Assembly: GCA_043228905.1 (NCBI GenBank)
Contig: JBHGNT010000898.1
Coordinates: 1-14,101 of the forward strand
DNA length: 14,101 nucleotides
Source of the DNA: Azolla caroliniana
Lineage: Eukaryota > Plantae > Polypodiophyta
Reading direction: 5' to 3'
Positions 1-7,553 of this stretch are shown piece by piece (position 1 is the stretch's first letter; every line of letters begins with the position of its first letter). The notes beneath the pieces are model-generated. The model was not told where the DNA came from and made no database searches. It saw nothing but the letters and a program-made list of their open reading frames with translations. The translations under genes were made by a program, and so were the position numbers.

Positions 1-2550
1 TATTGTAATACTGGAGTTCGCCATAATTTCCTTAATTTTCCGGTCTTCAAAAACTTCCCACATTTCGAACGCTAGCTGCATCTTCTCTTCAGCATGCTTG
101 AATAGAGAGATGGTCTCAGAAGAGTCCCAACTGGCCAGATCAAGTTGTCTTGCCATTGCCAAAGACCATCTAAGCTTTGCATTTTCAAAGCTCTCTTGAC
201 CAAGAGCGAGGACTCCTTCATAGAAATCCGGCTTCACCCTGAGAGCTTCTTCATACTTTTCCCGAGCAATCTCATATTGAGTTCGTGCCCATTCAAATGC
301 CGCCTCCAGACGCTCATTGAAAACACTCTTGTCGACATCATTCTCTTCTAAAGGTATGCGTTTCCGAGCGGCACACATATGGACATTGCCCCAGTTGAAG
401 AATGCCAGAGCTGCCACTTCCTGGAACTTACAAGCTGATGCCTCAAACAAGGGTTGGGCTTCTTCGCTCGTCACGGCTTGCTCCAAAGCTTCTGAGCAAA
501 ACTCCATGCCGAGCTCATGTAGGTCAACATGTGCTTCAGGATCAACACCAATGTGGGTTCGGAAGAGATTCGCAAAGTCGAGGAACCATTCATCTATTTC
601 AATTTCTTTTGAATTCTCCTCTTCTTTGCTGTCATCTGTTGCATTCTCACGTCCGACAATGCTATCCGAGGCTTGGAACGTGACATCTTCTTTTCCAGAT
701 AATGATGACAATGAATGATCATGTTCTATAGCCTCAGGAGTTGCCTTATCCAAGCATTCCTGTTGTTCTTGTTCTTCTCCTTCTTCTTCTTCTTGTTCCT
801 GTTCCTGTTCCTGTTCCTGTTCTTCTTCAATAACTGGTTCTTGCTCTGGATCTACTTCCACCACATGAAGCTTTAGAAGCGGCATTGGGTCAACGAAAAT
901 GGTATCTGAATCTCTTTGCTTACTTTCGATTGATTCAACTTTTGATTTCAACCCATCAGCTTCTGTAAAAGAAGCTAACTCGGCGAGGCGAAGCTCCTCG
1001 GAGCATGTAATAGTGATCAAGTCCCCATCTGCGTCCTTATACTTGATAAGCACAGCCTTTGAAGAGGGAAACCTCTTCCGAACAATCTCCCTCAAATCAC
1101 TAAACGTAGATTTAATGGGCATTCTCGCAAGCCGGATATCATGACCATAGATGAGCTTCAATGGTCTAATGAGGTGATTAGATGAGTCTTTCTGCGGAAC
1201 CACTTTTGAAGATTTTGGCCGAAGGGGAAGAGGCTTTAAAGTTTCATCCAGTCTAGTAGTAGACATGGAGATGTTAGGGGTGCTTTGCACACGAGAAGAA
1301 GGTGCATTATCATTGTTGGGGGAGGTTTGCACACAAGCAGAATCATTATCCGCTGCTCGAACACGAGAAGAAGATAGCTCCTCGTCCTTAAGGGTGGTTC
1401 GGTTCCGAGAAGAAGATAATAACTCCTCATCCTTAGGGATGGTTCGCATGCGTGAAGAAGAAGAAGAAGACGAAATCTCTTCGTTAGGGGTTGGTCGTAT
1501 ACGAGAAGAAGATAGGTGCTCGTTAGGGTTTGTTCGCATGCGAGAGGAGGAATGGTCGATATGACCCGACCCGGGAGCCGAAACCGCTTGTTTGGGCTCA
1601 GAAGGCGAAGGAGAAAGCTTGAGGGAAGGCATACTGCTCTCCTCAACCTTTTCTCCTTTCTTCTTCTTTGTCTTCATAGAGTTGGGTCTAACTGGAAGGG
1701 AAGGACCCCGACAGCTTCCTCCCACAACAGAAGCTCCTAGAGAAGCAGGGGAAGCCACTACATAATTCGATGAGGAAGATGTATTCGCATTAGATACACA
1801 ATTTTCTATGCCAACTCTTCCTTTCAGACCTTCATCTCCATCTTCTTCATCTTTTTCATCTTTCCTTCCGACCTTCTCGTGATTGTTTTGGTCATATAGT
1901 GCAATCCTGAGCCGTTTCCCAAGCTCTAATGCTTCTTCATGCCCTGCTTCTTCTTCCAGAATCGTTTTCACATCAAGCAGAGCTAGCTCAAGCTTTCCCA
2001 TGGCTTCAAAAGCTCTAGCTCTTCTGAACAATGCTCTCTGGAACTTGGGTTGAGCTTGCAAAGCGAGAGTACATTCTCTAACAACTAGTTCATAGTGAGA
2101 AGGATTCTTCATTTGCATCAAACAAGCCGCTTTGTTACTGTGGAAGATGGCTCTTTCTGGATGATTAGGGGTGAGCTTGATGGCTTTGTCATAGAGAGCA
2201 ATGGCTTTTTCATAGTTTTTTGCTTGGAAGAGACGGTTACCTTCATCTTTCAGCTCGTGTGCGCGGCACAGCAAAACCGCGGATAAATGCTCCGCATTCA
2301 TATTAGGGCTAGGGCTAGCTTTAGGGTTAGGGTTAGGGTTAGGGTTTGTGATTGGGATTGGGTTAGTTCTAGGGTTTGGGCTAGGAATTGGGTTTGCTTT
2401 AGGGTTGGGGCTTGGAATTGAGTGAGTTTTAGGGATTGGGTTTGGATTAGGGTTAGGGGTTTTTGTACCTGTATCAGTCTCCTCTATAGTTGGTTGTGAA
2501 GGGGTGCTTGATGTGGTCCTCTTCTTCTTCTTGTTGCCTGATTTCGCCAT
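1..2550 (-). CDS. PHOX1: PHOX/CLMP1-family protein (N-terminal TPR repeats, PB1 domain, C-terminal TPR-like region); intronless in the window, 3' end outside it
   Basis: Hand translation from ATG 2550 (MAKSGNKKKK) is stop-free to base 1 (850 codons). TPR motifs at ~2265-1910: RAHELKDEGNRLFQAKNYEKAIALYDKAIKL, AIFHSNKAACLMQM, ECTLALQAQPKFQRALFRRARAFEAMGK. PB1 domain at ~1170-860: RPLKLIYGHDIRLA...VLIKYKDADGDLITITCSEELRLAE. Family C-terminal block: EIDEWFLDFANLFRTHIGVDPEAHVDLHELGMEFCSEALE...KFQEVAALAFFNWGNVHMCAARKRIPL. The family call is confident; PHOX1 versus CLMP1/PHOX2 orthology is not. Confidence 0.93.
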   Translation of the reverse strand, partial: MAKSGNKKKKRTTSSTPSQPTIEETDTGTKTPNPNPNPIPKTHSIPSPNPKANPIPSPNPRTNPIPITNPNPNPNPKASPSPNMNAEHLSAVLLCRAHELKDEGNRLFQAKNYEKAIALYDKAIKLTPNHPERAIFHSNKAACLMQMKNPSHYELVVRECTLALQAQPKFQRALFRRARAFEAMGKLELALLDVKTILEEEAGHEEALELGKRLRIALYDQNNHEKVGRKDEKDEEDGDEGLKGRVGIENCVSNANTSSSSNYVVASPASLGASVVGGSCRGPSLPVRPNSMKTKKKKGEKVEESSMPSLKLSPSPSEPKQAVSAPGSGHIDHSSSRMRTNPNEHLSSSRIRPTPNEEISSSSSSSRMRTIPKDEELLSSSRNRTTLKDEELSSSRVRAADNDSACVQTSPNNDNAPSSRVQSTPNISMSTTRLDETLKPLPLRPKSSKVVPQKDSSNHLIRPLKLIYGHDIRLARMPIKSTFSDLREIVRKRFPSSKAVLIKYKDADGDLITITCSEELRLAELASFTEADGLKSKVESIESKQRDSDTIFVDPMPLLKLHVVEVDPEQEPVIEEEQEQEQEQEQEEEEGEEQEQQECLDKATPEAIEHDHSLSSLSGKEDVTFQASDSIVGRENATDDSKEEENSKEIEIDEWFLDFANLFRTHIGVDPEAHVDLHELGMEFCSEALEQAVTSEEAQPLFEASACKFQEVAALAFFNWGNVHMCAARKRIPLEENDVDKSVFNERLEAAFEWARTQYEIAREKYEEALRVKPDFYEGVLALGQESFENAKLRWSLAMARQLDLASWDSSETISLFKHAEEKMQLAFEMWEVFEDRKIKEIMANSSITI
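760..828 (-). repeat. Coding GAA/GAACAG microsatellite encoding an acidic E/Q tract after the PB1 domain
   Basis: + strand ttcttcttcttcttgttcctgttcctgttcctgttcctgttcttcttc; translates on - as EEEQEQEQEQEQEEEEGEEQEQQE. Confidence 0.85.
1273..1551 (-). repeat. Degenerate coding tandem repeat (~6 units) in the TPR-PB1 linker
   Basis: Units: SSSRMRTNPNEHL / SSSRIRPTPNEEI / SSSSSSRMRTIPKDEELL / SSSRNRTTLKDEEL / SSSRVRAADND... / PSSRVQSTPN. The DNA core cgagaagaaga recurs on the + strand. Confidence 0.8.
2302..2460 (+). repeat. Telomere-like TTAGGG/TTGGG-rich coding repeat, with perfect (TTAGGG)4 at 2321-2344; encodes the Pro-Asn-rich N-terminus of the PHOX protein
   Basis: ttagggttagggttagggttaggg at 2321-2344 plus degenerate copies. 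The - strand reads PNPNPNPIPKTHSIPSPNPKANPIPSPNPRTNPIPITNPNPNPNPKASPSPN. Confidence 0.85.
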
Positions 2551-2702
2551 AGCTCTCCTCTCCTCTCCTCTGTTTCTTCACAACAACATATACATATATC
2601 AATATGTGAACCAACAACAATTGCAGAGAATTATCCTTATCAACAATCAAACAAACAAATAAACAAACCAAAGAAAAGCCTTGCAACGTTTTCACACTTT
2701 CC

Positions 2703-2925
2703 ATTTTGCCCAGACATTCCCGCAAGCCCGATTTTGCCCGGACATTCTCTCGCAACCCCGATTTCGCCCGGACATTCTCACATCCCGATTTTGCCTGGAC
2801 ATTCTCGCAACCCCGATTTTGCCCGGACATTCTTGCAACCCCGATTTTGCCCGGACATTCTCGCAACCCCGATTTTTTCCTGGACATTCGTGCAACCCTG
2901 ATTTTGCCCGGACATTCTCTTGCCC
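2703..2925. repeat. Minisatellite, ~8 copies of a ~28-bp unit (consensus ATTTTGCCCGGACATTCTCGCAACCCCG)
   Basis: Units start at 2703, 2731, 2761, 2788, 2816, 2844, 2872 and 2901 (27-30 bp, last one partial). They are head-to-tail with no unique spacers. Confidence 0.95.
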
Positions 2926-2994
2926 ATTGATTCCGTCTGAATGTTCTTCTGAACACTTACTTACTGATTGTATTGATGGGCTATACGCAGGTTG

Positions 2995-3539
2995 TGTTGT
3001 GGGGCGTTAGTTGCAGAAAATCAAGATTACATCATTTCACAAGGTGCCAAGTGGATATGTTATGCTCGCAACGTAGCAAATGACCCTTGTAAGAATCTAT
3101 CTTAATGTTATGACAAATTAAGGAGAAACTTAAGGAAGAACGAGCGCTAGTCCACTTTGAACCACCCCCTTGCGAAGGTAAGAGACAGATCCTAGCCTGC
3201 CCCCCCTCCCAGTTAGTGCCCCATACTATTGAGTACGGACATGGATCGTGCCTCGGGTTTGAAGAAGCAACCTAGCAAGATGAACACGTGTATGAAGCCA
3301 ACGATTTGCCACACTATCAGTGTCTCTATCCAATATAATAAAGATGAACTCCTTCATGAAGGTAGCCAACCTTCTTATATAGGCTCAAACCCTAGGCCCT
3401 TGTCTATTTCACACAAGGTTGTTATTTTATAAGTGGGCCAACTGATGAAGGAATCTAACGTTATCTTCCTTATAGAGAACTAACCCACACCTAACCCTAT
3501 GATTTATAGAGAACTATAATTACGGTTATGCTCATATCA
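2995..3539 (-). mobile_element. 3' LTR (~545 bp) of the Gypsy element
   Basis: On -, the PPT AAAAGGGGAG (3543-3552) is followed after 2 nt by TGATATG at 3539. TATA-like CCTATATAAG at 3374-3383. Probable end ...CCCACAACA at 2995; that boundary is inferred because there is no second LTR to compare. Confidence 0.65.
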
Positions 3540-4416
3540 TACTCCCCTTTTGGAAAAGATTGCATTATTGCTATGAAAAGTCGGAAAAAATGGTTTTACG
3601 AGCATCTTCTCGCTCCCACGTAACATTTTCGATAGAACCATCCGTTCATTTAATTGTAAACTCTCAAACATTCTTTGAACATAAGTGTTTAGTTTTAGAA
3701 TCGAGAATTCTTTCTTGCCTATGAGGTTTAGATGCGAAATCCTCAAAAGTAACTAGAGTTTTAATGAAAATTGAATTATTTTTATAACCCAAGAGCTCTT
3801 TGAGACAATTAACATAAAAGAAAAGATGGACTTTGATGTCAATTAGAAGGTGGAGGTTATAGACAGATGAACCAATGCATTTGAGGATTGTAAAACATCC
3901 AGTCTTCCAGAATAGCGTGCACACTTACTCGCTTACTTGTAGTCAACGTTGTAGAGTCATGAGGTAAAACACTTTCTATCCAGGGAGAAATACATAGGGT
4001 TGTTGATGCTGGTTAGCATAAAAACAAGCTTTGTCTTGAATCATTTTTATATTGCCCCATGCTATATGCAACATATTTTGCATATCACTTAGAAAGTTTT
4101 ATGTACTTTGTAGTTCATCGTCATGGATCTTGACATCAAATTGGGCACATGGCTACATCAATATAAAAGTACTATTATAAACAAATTCCAAAATAGGAAG
4201 ATATTGTTGACATATAGTAGGAATCCTAGAGGCATTAACTTGAACCATATCCTCAATGATCTGATTAACTCATTCTGTTTGTCCATTAAACTAAGGATGG
4301 TCTGAGGAATTGATGCTCAAAATAGTTTCTAGTTTCCTAAAGACTTGCGGCCAGAAATCACTAGTAAACTTCATATATCTATCACTCATTATATCCACTA
4401 GTAACTTGTAGAACCT
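2995..4416 (-). mobile_element. Decayed 3' end of a chromoviral Ty3/Gypsy LTR retrotransposon (integrase core, GPY/F motif, chromodomain, PPT, 3' LTR)
   Basis: Minus-strand integrase at ~4410-4170: DIMSDRYMKFTSDFWPQVFRKLETILSINSSDHP*FNGQTE*VNQIIEDM...YLPILEFVYNS. GPY/F region: GCFTILKCIGSSVYNLHLLIDIKVHLFFYVNCLKELLG. Chromodomain at ~3720-3580: ERILDSKTKHLCSKNV*EFTIK*TDGSIENVTWERED. A polypurine tract and a TG...CA LTR follow, in the canonical chromovirus order. Confidence 0.88.
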
Positions 4417-5065
4417 TGATTACCTTTATTTAGGGAGCTCTTGACGCCATAGATACCAACCATTGATTGGAATAATGCCTCGATGATTATTGGAGTTGCT
4501 CCCATCTATGACCAAATTATATCATGGGACATTTATGCTTGCTCCTAATCATACATGCATTCATCAAAACTTAAAAGGCCTCTCCAAATCTCTTATGTTA
4601 TTTACCTTGTGAAAATTCAATTTCCTAAGGTTTCTCCTCCATAGAGAAGAACCAATGTCACAAGTGTATCAAATAGCCACAATTTAGTTTGTGGCTCTTA
4701 TAGTTGTTTATATACCAGTTGCCTTTCAAAAGCAATTAGGGCTACATATTCACGAGAAAGTCGGGCACATACAACTTCCGGTAAGGAGAAATGAGACCCT
4801 ATGGATGTTACCTCAAAGTATACTATAAAATCGTGTGGATGCCACCTTTTTCTTCCCAAGAACACATCTTGTTCTAATGTCATTCCCTGTGCATGAGTGG
4901 AGTTAAAACATGATTAATCTTGTTTTTATCAAGGCTTGTCAACAAACCTTTTTCCATATTAATTTCAAACATTTAGATGTCTTTGTAGTCCTCTAGCGAG
5001 TGGATATGAAAACCAATGTCATCAATTTATACTTTTATATGGCGATAACCAGGAAACATGAGTCG
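4414..5065 (-). mobile_element. Degenerate non-LTR retrotransposon (LINE, probably RTE-like) reverse transcriptase C-terminal remnant
   Basis: Minus-strand pieces across frameshifts and stops: degenerate YADD region IDDI (5015-5026), LQRHLNV, KGLLTSLDKNKI, YFEVTSIGSHFSLPEVVCARLSREYVALIAFERQ, EPQTKLWLFDTLVTLVLLYGGET, MGATPIIIEALFQS, ELPK*R*SR. The order matches plant LINE RT C-termini as I remember them. Confidence 0.75.
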
Positions 5066-5306
5066 AGAAAGAGGTACGATGCTAAAAGCTTTTCATAAAT
5101 CCACATACTTACTAAATCCTATCTTTATGGGGTCTTCCCTCTCTAATAAGGGCTTAGATGATCATTATAAAGTTATGATGTAATGCTTGGTTAACTAGTC
5201 AAACGACAACCATTCCTCTTCGCTAATACACCCAAATTTGAATCTAGGATTAGGCCATAGAGTTTAGCCAAGTAATGGCAATCACGAGTATCCTATAATT
5301 GCTTGA

Positions 5307-5433
5307 TATCATGGTATCTCCATCCTTGTGAACTGGTACAATGTTCGGAACCCCTTTATAAAGCTTGCCTACCTAGTTGAATGACAACAATTCCTCTTTG
5401 CCTATACACTCAATTTTTACTCTAAGATTGGGC
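5307..5433 (+). repeat. Direct repeat copy 1 (~127 bp)
   Basis: tatcatggtatctccatccttgtgaactggtacaatgttc...ctaagattgggc is repeated at 5895-6019 with a few substitutions and a 2-bp indel. A more diverged partial copy lies at ~5195-5256. Confidence 0.92.
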
Positions 5434-5434
5434 T

Positions 5435-5899
5435 TGTTGAGAATCAAGCCCAACCTAGTCTAGTGTGTGAACACACCTTTTCAGAATGTATGAACATTCA
5501 AAGGTCAAAAGTCACCACTACTCTCTACACATTAACTATGTGATTCAATGACACATAACTAATGAGTTTCCACATTCCCCATAACCCATGAGCTTCTATA
5601 GCTCTAGAGAATGTGTGGGTGTTTTCGTAAGTTAATGAAGGGAGAGGGTGACCTTATATAAAGGACCTTCCTCCTACTTTATAAAGAGTCGGTTATCCTC
5701 ACTTTCAACGCTACATTTTTTAACTTGATATTCTCCTTGTTAATATACATCTTCTTGAGTACTTCATTTCTTTTATCTATCTTGTGTTTCTCTCCTTTCC
5801 TCTACTCTTTCCACAAACACACACACATAACACACATCTCTTCTGCTGCACATAATCATATCTGATTCTTTACAGGGCCATATAGTTTTCATGGTATCA
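5435..5899 (+). mobile_element. Candidate LTR (5435-5891) plus truncated tRNA-Met primer binding site (TGGTATCA, 5892-5899)
   Basis: Starts TGTTGA, has TATATAAA at 5655-5662 and a pyrimidine-rich 3' half, and ends TTTTCA immediately before TGGTATCA, the first 8 nt of the canonical TGGTATCAGAGC PBS. Confidence 0.55.
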
Positions 5900-6019
5900 T
5901 GGTATCTCCATCCTTGTGAATTGGTACAATGTTCAGAACCCCATTATAAAGCTTGCCTACCTAGTTGAATGACAACAATTCCTCTTTGCATATACTCAAT
6001 TTTTACTCTCAAATTGGGC
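5895..6019 (+). repeat. Direct repeat copy 2 (~125 bp)
   Basis: Near-identical to 5307-5433. Confidence 0.92.
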
Positions 6020-6880
6020 CAGTTAATGATCAACTAGGGAAACTTATTAAAGATGTCATAGGAATGAGAGCATGGTGAGACATGCATACATAACCTTTTG
6101 ACCTACCAATCCACCTTGATCTTGGGCCTTTCTAAATTTTAACCAATCTATGTCTTTTTACATTTTTTGGGGTAAGAAAGGTGAATTTAGATAGGCATGA
6201 GCCAAATGGGTTGGGGTTGTTTTGGGATAACATTTAGTACATTTGTATATTCACGCTAAACTTGAGGTGTAATATTTTCCACGATCTTTTACTTTCTTGT
6301 CCTAAGAATAAGCAATGCGCTTTTGCCTCAAGTTTAGCCAAAGATTATCTCTTCTTACTCATAAGGCATTGGATGATAGCTCTTACTTGTTTGTGTGCAC
6401 AATTACCTCGACTTCACATTGCAAAACGTCACCTTGTGTGACATTCCTCATCATATCAACTATTTTGTGTGGTTCTACCAAGTTTGGGTGCATTGCTGAT
6501 TGTGTTGAGGGAAGGCATTCATAACTTGACAATCCTTGCACAACTTCCTCTAGATGTATAAAATGTTCCAAATCTCGTAGGCCATTGTATACTCCACACT
6601 ACACAATGAATGTAGCCCAGGTAGTTGCTATTTACCCAACCTACTCTCGTTCTTAACACACATCATTTGTGCATACATCCTTCACCTCAAAGCATAGATA
6701 CATTTGATCTACTGCCAAGTCAACAAGTCTATTTGAGATTGTGAACACTTGTATCTCAGTAGAAGAGAAGAAGGTGTTATTAGGTAATTGACTTGTTCTT
6801 GCACATCCCTTTGGGTGTACACATATAAGAACAGAGCAGAAATAGAAACATATTTCATTTAAATAAGAGAGGTATTAAAT

Positions 6881-6928
6881 ATTATAGGTGATTAGTCCGC
6901 CCTATGAGGTTGATTAATCACCTATAAT
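6881..6928. other. Inverted repeat/hairpin with perfect 14-bp arms
   Basis: attataggtgatta (6881-6894) and taatcacctataat (6915-6928) are exact reverse complements. The stem can be extended inward with G-T pairs. Confidence 0.8.
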
Positions 6929-7316
6929 GTGTGCCCTTCAGAATACCAGATCATACTTACAAACCACTCTCAATTGTCAAAAACAGAGGCAGAAAATAAG
7001 TCACTATATATAGTTTTCACTTAATTGTGTTTTGAATTATGAAAGATGGAGAAAAAATACATTGCAAATTTATATCAAAGAGTTACAAATGTTAGAAAAG
7101 CAAGAAAGACCCAACAAAATTATGGAATCATTTTCTGTTTTTATTTTGTTCTTTTCTCTTACATTATGATGATACTGTGCAAAATAATAATTAGTTCACA
7201 TGTGACCATGATTGCAAACTCCATATTACAAAAATTATTACCTATTATTGGCACACTATACAAACATGACATATTGAAGACATAAGATTTGGCTGTCTCA
7301 AAAATGAGACCGAAAC

Positions 7317-7553
7317 CTACCCTTGAACATTGGCTCTGTTTCCAGCTAAGATGAGAGATATCTCCAAACCTCTGCTGAAGGCTTGATTGAACACGAGCCT
7401 TGTCTGAAATGTAGAGACAAATGGGAACCAAGAAAGAATAACAATAGGAGAGAATATGATCATCCCCATTGCTGCATCGTAAGCACGCGCAATGGAAGGC
7501 AGTGATGACCATAAACCAAGCCGCTTCACAAGTGGTTTCCAAGCTATGGCAAT
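7317..7553 (-). CDS. CALS10: Callose synthase terminal exon
   Basis: ctacag acceptor; IAIAWKPLVKRLGLW...AGNRANVQG followed by TAG at 7319-7317. Confidence 0.93.
   Translation of the reverse strand: MAIAWKPLVKRLGLWSSLPSIARAYDAAMGMIIFSPIVILSWFPFVSTFQTRLVFNQAFSRGLEISLILAGNRANVQG

Noticed and set aside
145-2286. Listed short ORFs over the PHOX gene (for example 317..718 +, 1265..1564 +, 1236..1646 -)
   Set aside because: They are antisense or off-frame shadows of the long minus-strand CDS and its repeats.
2321-2344. True telomere or chromosome-fusion scar
   Set aside because: Only four perfect units, embedded in frame in a protein-coding exon.
2703-2925. CRISPR array (28-bp repeats)
   Set aside because: The units are contiguous with no unique spacers, there are no cas genes, and the context is eukaryotic.
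2474-3010. ORFs of 67-160 aa crossing the minisatellite
   Set aside because: They stay open only because the repeat unit lacks stop codons; the peptides are repetitive with no domain.
4675-4696. 8-bp inverted repeat agccacaa/ttgtggct
   Set aside because: Short and inside decayed LINE coding sequence.
6060-6800. Possible decayed TE coding sequence (minus ORF 6383..6571 and stop-interrupted continuation)
   Set aside because: It looks coding-like, but I could not recognise a diagnostic motif. A TE-library or HMM search is needed.
7295-7310. gtctca-aaaa-tgagac hairpin right after the CalS stop codon
   Set aside because: A 6-bp stem is expected by chance, and intrinsic terminators do not apply to plant Pol II genes.
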